IMG/VR virus record: IMGVR_UViG_3300043823_000198 | Span: 64,001 to 128,000 of that record | Source: a virus | DNA length: 64,000 nt | Direction: 5' to 3' (one strand) | Shown: piece by piece, positions 1 through 8,962 of the stretch | Numbering within the stretch: position 1 is the first letter of the stretch | Layout: each line of letters starts with the position of its first letter | Position numbers and translations under genes: made by a program | Notes under the pieces: model-generated | Seen by the model: the letters and a program-made list of their open reading frames with translations, nothing else | What the model was told of the DNA's origin: nothing | Databases searched by the model: none

Positions 1-608
1 CTCTTGGTTTAGTTATTGGTACCAACGTTCAGGCTTATTCATCAAATTTGGCGGCAACATCTAGTGTTTCTTCTGGTATTATCGCAATGCAAGGAACAGG
101 ATCTGCTTCTGGTGTAACAATCACGGCTGGCTCTGGTATCTCTGTTTCTAACGGTAACGGTGTTGGTGGTAACCCAACTATTTCTGCAGCTGTTACATCT
201 GTTCAGGGTATGACTGGCGCAGTTTCTGTTTCTGTTCCTGTTACTTCTGTTCAGGGTATGACTGGAAATTTGACAGTTACTAATATTTCTGGTAGTGCTG
301 GATACGCATCTTCAGCTGGATACGCATCTTCAGCTGGATACGCATCTTCAGCTGGTGGTGGATGGCCAGGTGCGTTATCATCATTCCATAATAACTTGGG
401 TAACTATGGTGGATGGGTTCCGCATGGAAATAAGGGAACTGGCAACAACCCTAGCAATGCATGGGGGCGTAACGCTGGAGCATATAATCATGGTCATATT
501 CCTGGTTCTCACCACTCATATAACTGTCACAATCAAATGCATTTAGACACAGGTCAAGGATTGGATCACTATCACCATTTCATTAATTGCAGAAATTGTA
601 ACTGCTAA
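1..608 (+). CDS. Tail fibre-like protein, 5'-truncated by window; His-rich C-terminal tip ending NCRNCNC
   Basis: Frame is open from position 3 (LGLVIGTNVQAYSSNLAATSS...), so the listed TTG at 48 is not the true start; Gly/Ser/Thr-rich with VTSVQGMTG x2 fibre-type repeats; last ~83 aa contain 11 His and 4 Cys. Confidence 0.7.
   Translation, partial: LGLVIGTNVQAYSSNLAATSSVSSGIIAMQGTGSASGVTITAGSGISVSNGNGVGGNPTISAAVTSVQGMTGAVSVSVPVTSVQGMTGNLTVTNISGSAGYASSAGYASSAGYASSAGGGWPGALSSFHNNLGNYGGWVPHGNKGTGNNPSNAWGRNAGAYNHGHIPGSHHSYNCHNQMHLDTGQGLDHYHHFINCRNCNC
297..355 (+). repeat. Perfect 18-bp tandem repeat GCTGGATACGCATCTTCA x3 (+5 bp), encodes AGYASS x3
   Basis: Read directly; forms a linker immediately before the His/Cys-rich tip. 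Confidence 0.95.
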
Positions 609-618
609 GGAATAATAA

Positions 619-1551
619 ATGTCAATAAAATATGTAACCCAGAAAGTTGACCCATTAAGATTATCGTATCCAGGTAGATATGGAACACAGTCGTTTGTTT
701 CTCAATCGTATGTCGATCAAACCACAGATCCAACATCAACATTTGAAGCTCAACTTAATACACCACAAGCGCAAAGAAAAACGACAACATCGAATTGGCA
801 TACTACTCCAATTCAATTTGAGTATAAATTTGATACTGTTGATGCAAATAACATTCAAGTTACATTCACAAATGTAACTGAGAATAAAATATTTTTCACA
901 TATATTATTAATTTTACTCAAACTCTTCTAAATACATTTGTTGCACAGACAGTTTATGGAGTAGCAACAGAGTATCATGCAGAAAATAATGGCAAAACAG
1001 AAGTTGTAAGTCCTGGAGATATTGTTAATTATTCTGATACTACATTTTCAACCAAAGATGAAGCGCCACATTTTGTTGGTAAATCTATTGTAAAATTCTT
1101 TTGCACAAAAAATAATCCAACAATCAATGATTTGATTTTTATGGTTTATGCTCCAGTGGCACCAAATGATCCTTCTGCGCCAAATACATATGGCGCACAA
1201 AATGTAGATCCAACATGGGCGCCACATACTATAACAGTCGATGGAACTGCAATTGATTCGACTTCTTTCGTAAAAGAAATTGCTTCTATTAAAGATTTAT
1301 TATATCCAATCACAACTTCTTACACTACTTCTGGAAATGTTATTACAGTTAATGTTACAACAAATCCAGCAATTACAGAAGTATATTTAAGTTCTACTGT
1401 TGGATATATTGCTAAGACTGTAGTTCCAATAACAAATGGAACTGGAACATTCAATGTTGTTACTACTGGCTTAAATTCTGGTGATGTTGTTAATGTTAAA
1501 ATTGGTTATAAATATTGGAGTAACGTAGTTACTTTTAATACAACAATCTAA
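619..1551 (+). CDS. Hypothetical protein, Thr/Val-rich beta-sandwich-like C-terminus; candidate partner of the radical SAM enzyme
   Basis: 310-aa ORF, AAGGA SD at ~607-611, 10 nt after fibre stop. Confidence 0.6.
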   Translation: MSIKYVTQKVDPLRLSYPGRYGTQSFVSQSYVDQTTDPTSTFEAQLNTPQAQRKTTTSNWHTTPIQFEYKFDTVDANNIQVTFTNVTENKIFFTYIINFTQTLLNTFVAQTVYGVATEYHAENNGKTEVVSPGDIVNYSDTTFSTKDEAPHFVGKSIVKFFCTKNNPTINDLIFMVYAPVAPNDPSAPNTYGAQNVDPTWAPHTITVDGTAIDSTSFVKEIASIKDLLYPITTSYTTSGNVITVNVTTNPAITEVYLSSTVGYIAKTVVPITNGTGTFNVVTTGLNSGDVVNVKIGYKYWSNVVTFNTTI

Positions 1552-1571
1552 TTTAAACAACTTGGAATGAT

Positions 1572-2963
1572 ATGGCGAAATTTGTTATAACTGTAAAACA
1601 CCCTGAAAAAGATGAACTTAAAAAAGTAGTATACGACAGCTCCATCAGTACCTTAACATGGGAAGATGGAACTCCTGTTGTAGAAAATACTCTTACTCAA
1701 GTAGAAGTTCAAAACCCTGCTAAAATTGAAAATGGAAAGAAAGACCTAAAGACTGTAAAAATACAGCTAGGTCTTTCATGCAATTTTGAATGCGATTATT
1801 GTAATCAGAGATTCGTACCTCATGCAGATTCAACTAATCCAGAAGACGTTCAGCCGTTCGTTGATAATATGTCTTCATGGTTTCCAGGTGGGAGGGATGG
1901 TTTAGGCAATGGTACTAAAATTGAATTTTGGGGAGGAGAACCATTAGTTTATTGGAAAACTCTAAAACCATTGGCAGAAGCATTAAGAGAAAAATATCCA
2001 AATGCAATTTTTGGTATAGTAACAAATGGTAGTTTGTTAGATTCAGAAAAAAATGCATGGTTAGACAGACTTGGTTTTGGAGTCGCAGTTTCTCATGATG
2101 GTCCAGGTCAATTTGTTCGAGGACCAGACCCTCTACTAGACGAATTATCAAAATCTGGAATTATTGAATTATATAAAATTCTTGCGCCTAAAGATAGGTT
2201 TACATTTAATTCTATGATCAACTCTAAAAATATTAGTAGAGCTGATATTGAACAGTTTTTTGTAAAATTTGTATCAGAAAATATCGGAGAAGAATATCTT
2301 GAATATTTAATAATTGGAGAGGGCGGTTTCGTTGATGCTTATGACGAAGGTGGAATGGCTAATTCTTTATTAGACGAAGAAGAAGATATTCGATATCGAA
2401 ATATTGCATTAAATGATCTTCGTTCTGGAAATGTAAAACGATTTGAAGTTATACAAAGCAAATATCATGAGTTTGCTAATACAATTATGAATGGTATTCG
2501 AATAGAATCAGTTCCACAAAAATGTGGTATGGACAAATCTAATCAGATGGCAGTTGATCTAAATGGTAATGTTCTGACATGTCAGAACGTCAGTGCTGTT
2601 TCTAATAATCCAGCAGGAGTTTCACATAAAATTGGACATGTTTCTGATTTATCTTCTGTAGAATTAAAGACAGCCACTCATTGGAGCGATAGAAGCGAAT
2701 GCCCAAACTGCCCAGTAGTTCATATATGCAAAGGAGCATGTATGTTTCTCAGTGGTGATCTTTGGGAAGCGAGTTGTAACAATGCGTTTAGCGACAATAT
2801 TTTAATATTCACTCTTGCTATTGAAGATGCTACAGGTGGTTGGATTCCAGGATATATTGATGGTCCATTAAGGGAAGATAGAAAAGATATCTACTGGTGG
2901 ATCAACGGTAAGCCAGAAAAAACACGAAAAGCAAAGAAATTTATTCCTATAATGGCGGTTTAA
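1572..2963 (+). CDS. Radical SAM protein with C-terminal SPASM domain (anSME/peptide-maturase-like)
   Basis: CNFECDYC (CxxxCxxC), FWGGEPL, TNG, SHDG motifs; C-terminal KCGMD...TCQN...CPNCPVVHICKGAC...C. Confidence 0.92.
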   Translation: MAKFVITVKHPEKDELKKVVYDSSISTLTWEDGTPVVENTLTQVEVQNPAKIENGKKDLKTVKIQLGLSCNFECDYCNQRFVPHADSTNPEDVQPFVDNMSSWFPGGRDGLGNGTKIEFWGGEPLVYWKTLKPLAEALREKYPNAIFGIVTNGSLLDSEKNAWLDRLGFGVAVSHDGPGQFVRGPDPLLDELSKSGIIELYKILAPKDRFTFNSMINSKNISRADIEQFFVKFVSENIGEEYLEYLIIGEGGFVDAYDEGGMANSLLDEEEDIRYRNIALNDLRSGNVKRFEVIQSKYHEFANTIMNGIRIESVPQKCGMDKSNQMAVDLNGNVLTCQNVSAVSNNPAGVSHKIGHVSDLSSVELKTATHWSDRSECPNCPVVHICKGACMFLSGDLWEASCNNAFSDNILIFTLAIEDATGGWIPGYIDGPLREDRKDIYWWINGKPEKTRKAKKFIPIMAV

Positions 2964-2964
2964 T

Positions 2965-3234
2965 ATGAGTTACATTGACGGATATTTGGTTGAGATAAAT
3001 CAGTTTCCAAGATTTGGAGAAAGGTTTACAATAAAAAGTTATTTCTATTACAACTCAAATACAAAAGAATATGGTTACAGGGATACAGTTATCCCAAAAG
3101 AACAAATTATAAATAATGATGATATGACGGAAGAATTAGTTGCAAACATTATAAATAATAATATACCTGCAATGAGAAGGGTCATTGACCCAATAAATTT
3201 AACAGAAAGTTGGATTTTTGAGCCAACAGCATAA
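2965..3234 (+). CDS. Hypothetical protein (89 aa)
   Basis: Starts 1 nt after radical SAM stop; fills gap to next gene. Confidence 0.55.
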   Translation: MSYIDGYLVEINQFPRFGERFTIKSYFYYNSNTKEYGYRDTVIPKEQIINNDDMTEELVANIINNNIPAMRRVIDPINLTESWIFEPTA

Positions 3235-3244
3235 GGAAAACAAA

Positions 3245-4192
3245 ATGAATTCTAAACATGTAAAATGGGTTATTGCTCACGAACCTATTGGTTTGTTTTT
3301 AAAAGTAGCCGAACATTTTGCTAAAGAAGTTAACGAAAAAACCAACGGTATGTTTAATATCGAAGTTCTTTCATTGTCTGATTATACAGCAAAATACAAT
3401 GATGGCAAAGCAATTACCAAGTATGATCTAATGGAATTGATCAATACTGGTAAGATCGAAATGAGTCACATCTATACCACTTGGCTTGGCGATTATAACA
3501 AAGATCTACATGCTTTAGATCTACCATTCCTATTCCGCGACCATGCTCATGCTGACGCTGTTTTAGAAGGTGAGGTTGGTGCTGAGTTATTAGCTGGCGT
3601 TTCTAAGAATAGCAATATCCATGCTATGTCTTTCACTTACTCTGGTGGTTATCGTGTTGTTCCAGCGAACTTCCGTGCTGACACTGTTGAGTCATGGAAA
3701 GGTCAAGCTGTTCGTACTTCTCGTTCTCCAGTTGCTGTTGAAACATTCAAGCTACTTGGCGCTGAACCAAAAGAGAACATCGCTCTAGAAGAAATGAACG
3801 AATTTGCCGATCGTGGCGAAATCGCTGCTGGTGAATCAACATACGTTCGTATTTTCCCACTCGATCAATATAAGTCGTTCAAGGTTGTTAATGACACTGC
3901 TCACAGCTTGTTCTTAACTTCTATTATTGTTAACAAAGATTTCATGGCTCAATTCGATAAGCAGACTCAAGAGATTATGGCTCAGGCTGCATTTAATGCT
4001 GCTCGTGCTGAACGTCGCGAATCTGTTGCTGATATTCCTAACATTCTTGCTGAATGTAAAGAGAAGGGTGTTGAAGTTGTTCGTATGAATGAAACCGAAG
4101 AGAAGAAATTTAAAGAGATTACTTCTAAGGTTTATGATGTCTTCGCTGATTATTTTACACCTGGACTTGTGCATAAGATCCAATTACATTAA
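3245..4192 (+). CDS. dctP: DctP-like TRAP solute-binding protein lacking a signal peptide
   Basis: ALDLPFLFRD, GGYRVV, GQAVRTS (conserved Arg), LLGAEP, TAHSLFLTSIIVNKDF, AARAER segments typical of DctP; ATG 3245 preceded by AAGGA. Confidence 0.8.
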   Translation: MNSKHVKWVIAHEPIGLFLKVAEHFAKEVNEKTNGMFNIEVLSLSDYTAKYNDGKAITKYDLMELINTGKIEMSHIYTTWLGDYNKDLHALDLPFLFRDHAHADAVLEGEVGAELLAGVSKNSNIHAMSFTYSGGYRVVPANFRADTVESWKGQAVRTSRSPVAVETFKLLGAEPKENIALEEMNEFADRGEIAAGESTYVRIFPLDQYKSFKVVNDTAHSLFLTSIIVNKDFMAQFDKQTQEIMAQAAFNAARAERRESVADIPNILAECKEKGVEVVRMNETEEKKFKEITSKVYDVFADYFTPGLVHKIQLH

Positions 4193-4209
4193 TCTGAATG
4201 ATGATAAAT

Positions 4210-4233
4210 AAAGGGAGCTTCGGCTCCCTTTTT
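4210..4233 (+). terminator. Rho-independent terminator AAAGGGAGC-TTCG-GCTCCCTTT(TT)
   Basis: Perfect stem, C(UUCG)G tetraloop, T-tract; same hairpin recurs at 28306. Confidence 0.85.
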
Positions 4234-4248
4234 ATTTTGAGGAAAATT

Positions 4249-5295
4249 ATGGAACAAGATTTTAAAGAATCAATTTTATACTATGATAAGAAGAATGTGT
4301 CTAATTTTGCGCAAAACGATTATACAAAAATTTATAGATTTTTGAATCCAATCACGGATTATAAAGTTTTTCACACATATCTAAGACTTGGTTTAATGGA
4401 ACACAATGCTGTTTATGATAGGAGTGGAGAAATCCCACACTTTCTTAATATGGCAGAAGATTTACATCCATTACCAAAACACATAGAAGGTTATAACAAA
4501 TCTTTTTATGAAGTCGCAGAAAATAGAGCAAAAGAACTACTAGCGTTAAATCAACCGATTAATGTTATGTGGTCTGGTGGTCTTGATAGCACATTCGCAT
4601 TGTTCATGTTACGTAAATTTGCAAACGACAAAGATCAAGTTCGAGTATATGGAACATATAACTCTATCATTGAATCTGGCGACATGTTCGACCGTGTCAT
4701 TAAAGATAATTTCAAATACGAGATATCAACTGCAACACGCAACGACTTAAATTTAAATTCTGAAGGAATTTACGTTAGTGGTATGTGTGGTAATCAATTG
4801 TTTGGTCCAACAGATGATATGTTTGGTAATAATATGTTATTTCATCATACACTTGGAACACCTGAAACAATTTATGAATCATATGAAAAAAATATTGATC
4901 CAGAGTTACTTGAATTTTTATATCCAGCAATTAAGGTTAGCCCAAGAAAAATTGAAACAGTTGCAGATTTAAGATGGTATTGTATATTTAATTTAGACTG
5001 GTATACAGCAATATACGAACATAAAATTTTATTACCAAAAGAAAAAGCTGAGAAAATTTATGGATTTTTTGATTCTATTGAGTTTCAGGAATGGGCTGCT
5101 AACACAAAAGAACCTTTTACAAAAGTGCAAGGAGATCCAAATACTCATCGCTGGCAAATGAGAGAGATTCTTAGTGATATTTTTGGTGAAGTTGAATATG
5201 CAAAAAATAAAGAAAAGAAAATCTCTAATTTTTCAATAACTGAACCAGGCTGGATTGCGCTTTTAGAAGATTATCGAAATGTTTTTATCGATTAA
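4249..5295 (+). CDS. PP-loop ATP pyrophosphatase / asparagine synthetase C-domain-like protein
   Basis: VMWSGGLDS and VSGMCGNQLFG (cf. SGEGADELFG) motifs; no glutaminase N-domain; ATG 4249 follows GAGGA, upstream ATGs run through the terminator. Confidence 0.65.
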   Translation: MEQDFKESILYYDKKNVSNFAQNDYTKIYRFLNPITDYKVFHTYLRLGLMEHNAVYDRSGEIPHFLNMAEDLHPLPKHIEGYNKSFYEVAENRAKELLALNQPINVMWSGGLDSTFALFMLRKFANDKDQVRVYGTYNSIIESGDMFDRVIKDNFKYEISTATRNDLNLNSEGIYVSGMCGNQLFGPTDDMFGNNMLFHHTLGTPETIYESYEKNIDPELLEFLYPAIKVSPRKIETVADLRWYCIFNLDWYTAIYEHKILLPKEKAEKIYGFFDSIEFQEWAANTKEPFTKVQGDPNTHRWQMREILSDIFGEVEYAKNKEKKISNFSITEPGWIALLEDYRNVFID

Positions 5296-5315
5296 TAGCA
5301 TTAAATTGCATATAT

Positions 5316-5323
5316 TATAAATA
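5316..5323 (+). promoter_or_regulatory. T4-type late promoter TATAAATA
   Basis: Exact gp55 consensus in intergenic DNA upstream of virion gene block. Confidence 0.8.
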
Positions 5324-5353
5324 AAAGGGTATAGAAACATTGGGAAATAGTAA

Positions 5354-5686
5354 ATGGCGACAATTAGCAACCTTTTTGTTGATGCGGGGAGCGACTACAG
5401 CAACATAATTACTGTTGCTGGAAGTAATGGCCAAGCATTGAATTTGACTGGTTATACTGTGGCTTCTCAGATGAGAAAGTCATATCTTTCATCGACTTCA
5501 TATCCATTTACAGCTTCAATTTACAATGCTACAACTGGTCAGGTAAGTATACAGTTATCTTCTGCTTCTTCAGCTGCTATGTGGCCAGGAAGATACCTTT
5601 ACGATGTAGAAATAACATCACCGTCTGGAACACGAACAAGAGTCGTTGAAGGCATTGTAACAATTACCCCTGAGATAACAAAATAA
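5354..5686 (+). CDS. Small virion structural protein of T4-like phages
   Basis: NLTGYT..SQMRKSY...GRYLYDVEI...RVVEGIVTITP pattern; follows late promoter. Confidence 0.65.
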   Translation: MATISNLFVDAGSDYSNIITVAGSNGQALNLTGYTVASQMRKSYLSSTSYPFTASIYNATTGQVSIQLSSASSAAMWPGRYLYDVEITSPSGTRTRVVEGIVTITPEITK

Positions 5687-5937
5687 TGACAGACGTAGTA
5701 GCAACAGTAACACCAGTAAGTACAGTTACAGTTTCAGTATCTTCTGCAGATCTTATTACAGCACAATCAAATTTAGCATCACCTTCTGTTGTTGAGTCAA
5801 TATCAGATATCGCCAACGTAGACACAACAACAAATGGTGTTGAGCAGGGATCGGTTTTGGTGTACCAAACAGCAACAAACAAATGGACATCTTCCACTAT
5901 TCTGCAAGATCAGGATATGGAAGGTGGCGAATTTTAA
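5686..5937 (+). CDS. Small virion-associated protein (ends EGGEF)
   Basis: Coupled to previous gene (TAATG); GSVLVY...KW motif, DGG-type terminus like adjacent fibre. Confidence 0.55.
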   Translation: MTDVVATVTPVSTVTVSVSSADLITAQSNLASPSVVESISDIANVDTTTNGVEQGSVLVYQTATNKWTSSTILQDQDMEGGEF

Positions 5938-5951
5938 TCGGAGAATAAAAG

Positions 5952-8888
5952 ATGGCATCAACAATTAGAATTAAAAGATCATCGGTTAATGGTAACCCAA
6001 GTACCCTTGCCGCAGGTGAATTAGCGTATTCATCATATACTGGCTCAGGTGGTAATAGACTTTACGTTGGTACTGGAACAGAAACTGCAGGTAACGCAGC
6101 GAACCACGTTGTTATTGGCGGTCAATACTACACTGGTCTTATCGATGCATCCACTGCTGGCACATTAACAACAAACCAATCTTCAATTCCTGTTCTTTCT
6201 GCAACTGGTACGATTAATCAGTGGTTGGTTGGTAACTTAGGTCTTACTGGTAATACACTAAGCTCTACTAACACCAATGGTAATATTAATATTGCTCCAA
6301 ATGGATCTGGTGCAGTTCAAATTTCTGGTGCTTATACATTACCTACTACTGCTGGCACTAACGGATATGCTCTTATTACCAATGGTAGCTCTGCTGCTTC
6401 ATGGCAAGCAATTTCAACTATCCTTAACTTGGCTGCTGGTGGTGCCACTACAAGCTCTGTAAACCTTCTTAACCAGACACTAACAATTGCTGGTGGTAAC
6501 GGTATTACCACTTCTGTTTCTGGTCAAACTGTTACAATTTCTTCTATTGGTGCGGGTGGTTACACTTCTACTGCAACTGGTGGAACTACAACTACTTTAA
6601 CATCAAGTTCTTCAGCTAATCAATTCTTTGTTGGTACAACTACTCAGACTGTTAAGTTACCTGATTGTACAACTCTTACAATTGGTCAAGAGTATATCAT
6701 CACTAACAATAGTACTGGTGCTCTAACAATTCAAACATCTGCAGGTGGTGCTCTTGCCACAATTAACGCTGGCACTCAAGTAACATTCACTGTTGCTTCT
6801 ACTTCAACTCAGACTTGGGTCCAAGAAATTACTGGTTTCAATAGTTCAACTGGTACTGGTGCTGCTGTATTTGCTTCTAACGCATCATTAACTGGCACTT
6901 CAATTACTAATGCCAGCTTAACAACTCCAACTATTGGTTCTGCTGGCGCATCATTCTCTGGTTCTACATCTGGAACTACAACTCTTGTTGCTTCAGCCAC
7001 TGCTTCTGGTACTCTAACATTACCAGCTGCAACTGATCAGTTGATTGGTCGCGCAACAACTGACACATTAACTAACAAGACATTTGATACTGCTGGAACT
7101 GGTAACGTATTAAAGATTAACGGAAACCAAGTATCTTCTTACACTGGTTCTGGCGCCAATGTTATGTTGTCATCCCAGCCATCTGTTACTGGTGGTATTA
7201 ACTTTAGTGGATCTGGTTCTGGTCAGACTACTGTTTCTGCATCAGCTACTGCTTCTGGTACTCTAACATTACCAGCTGCAACTGATACTTTAGTTGGTCG
7301 TGCCACTACTGACACGCTAACCAATAAAACGATTAATCTTACTAGTAACACTCTAGTTGCCACATCAGCTCAACTTAGATCAGCAGTTAGCGATGAAACA
7401 GGTACTGGTTCATTAGTATTCGCCAACACTCCAACTCTTGTAACTCCAGTTCTTGGTGCAGCAACTGCCACTAGCGTTGTCGCTTCTGCTGGTTTAGTTT
7501 CTACTGGCGCATTTGGTGGTACGTTCTCTGGTGGTATCGTTCTTGATTATTCTGGAAGTACTGGTCGTATTTCTGTTGGTTCAGGTAGCGGTATTGCGTT
7601 ATACAACAATACTGATACTACTCGACAGGCTATATTTGCTGTTGGTTCCACTGGCGCAGTTACGCTTCTAGGTGGTTCAATCACTGGTACTACAGCAGTT
7701 ACAATTAACGCTGGTGGCACAAACTCAAATATCAATTTTGTTCCAACAGGAACTGGAACTGTTGACGTTGGTAGCGCAAGAATTACTTCAGTTGCAACAC
7801 CAGTAAATGCAACTGATGCTGCTAATAAAGCGTATGTTGATGGTCTCAAATCTGGTCTAGATGTTAAGTACCCAGTTCGTTTAGCGACTACTGGTTCTAA
7901 TCTTACAGTAACTGCCTCTGGTTCTGGTGCAGGTAAAACACTTACTAACTCTGGCACTCAAGCAGCCTTTACTCTTGACTCTGTTCCAGCTAATGTTGGC
8001 GACCGTATCCTTGTTAAAGATCAGTCAACTGCCAAAGATAATGGTATCTATACTGTTACTAACATTGGTTCTTCTTCTACAAACTGGGTTCTTACTCGCG
8101 CAACAGATGCTGATGGTTCATCTACCACTGCCACTGTTACTCCAGGTATGTTCTGTTTCGTTACAGAAGGTACTCTGAACGCCAACTCTGGTTATGTTCT
8201 AGCAGAATTCTCTGCTGACGTTGCCACTATCACTGTTGACACTAACCCACAAAACTGGATGCAGTTCTCTGGTGCTGGTGAAATTAACGCTGGTTCTGGT
8301 TTATCTAAGTCTGGTAACACTCTAAGTGCAGTTGTTGATAACTCAACTCTTGCTATCGTAAGCAATCAGTTACAAATTAACTCATCTTACGTTGGTCAAT
8401 CTTCTATCACTACTCTTGGTACTATTACTACTGGCACTTGGCATGGTGGTGTAATTGGCGCAACTTATGGTGGTACTGGTGTTAATAATGGTTCTAATAC
8501 TATTACTCTTGGTGGTAATATTTCTACTGCTGGTTCATTAACTACTACTGGCGCATATTCTCTAGGTCTAACAGTTACTGGCGCAACTAGCGTAACATTA
8601 CCAACTTCTGGTACTCTTGCTACTCTAGCCAACAGCGAAACATTAACTAACAAGACACTTGGTTCTGGTTCTACTTGGAATGGTAACACTGTTGCTGTTG
8701 GTTATGGTGGTACTGGCACTACTTCTTTCACTGCAAATGGTATCGTTTTTGGTAACGGTACTGGTGCTCTTCAGGTTACTGCCGCTGCATCTGGTGGAAC
8801 TGGTAGTGATTACAGCTATCAAATTTTGACAGTGAATGCTTCTGGTGTTCCGCAGTGGTCAAGCTCAATTGACGGTGGCACGTACTAA
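5952..8888 (+). CDS. Tail fibre protein (978 aa)
   Basis: N-terminal IRIKRSS...LAAGELAY fibre-attachment motif, TLTNKT repeats, DAANKAYVD, GDRILVKDQ...NGIY module, YGGTG repeats, ends IDGGTY. Confidence 0.8.
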   Translation: MASTIRIKRSSVNGNPSTLAAGELAYSSYTGSGGNRLYVGTGTETAGNAANHVVIGGQYYTGLIDASTAGTLTTNQSSIPVLSATGTINQWLVGNLGLTGNTLSSTNTNGNINIAPNGSGAVQISGAYTLPTTAGTNGYALITNGSSAASWQAISTILNLAAGGATTSSVNLLNQTLTIAGGNGITTSVSGQTVTISSIGAGGYTSTATGGTTTTLTSSSSANQFFVGTTTQTVKLPDCTTLTIGQEYIITNNSTGALTIQTSAGGALATINAGTQVTFTVASTSTQTWVQEITGFNSSTGTGAAVFASNASLTGTSITNASLTTPTIGSAGASFSGSTSGTTTLVASATASGTLTLPAATDQLIGRATTDTLTNKTFDTAGTGNVLKINGNQVSSYTGSGANVMLSSQPSVTGGINFSGSGSGQTTVSASATASGTLTLPAATDTLVGRATTDTLTNKTINLTSNTLVATSAQLRSAVSDETGTGSLVFANTPTLVTPVLGAATATSVVASAGLVSTGAFGGTFSGGIVLDYSGSTGRISVGSGSGIALYNNTDTTRQAIFAVGSTGAVTLLGGSITGTTAVTINAGGTNSNINFVPTGTGTVDVGSARITSVATPVNATDAANKAYVDGLKSGLDVKYPVRLATTGSNLTVTASGSGAGKTLTNSGTQAAFTLDSVPANVGDRILVKDQSTAKDNGIYTVTNIGSSSTNWVLTRATDADGSSTTATVTPGMFCFVTEGTLNANSGYVLAEFSADVATITVDTNPQNWMQFSGAGEINAGSGLSKSGNTLSAVVDNSTLAIVSNQLQINSSYVGQSSITTLGTITTGTWHGGVIGATYGGTGVNNGSNTITLGGNISTAGSLTTTGAYSLGLTVTGATSVTLPTSGTLATLANSETLTNKTLGSGSTWNGNTVAVGYGGTGTTSFTANGIVFGNGTGALQVTAAASGGTGSDYSYQILTVNASGVPQWSSSIDGGTY

Positions 8889-8962
8889 TAAATAAAACAG
8901 GTGGGTGTAAGCCCCACCCTCAGTATATACTGAGTAATGATTTTCTAAATAGAAGGTAGATA

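Noticed and set aside
295-546. Alternate-frame ORF with LDTHLQ x3 as possible RiPP precursor
   Set aside because: Simply the 18-bp repeat read in another frame inside the fibre gene; no SD
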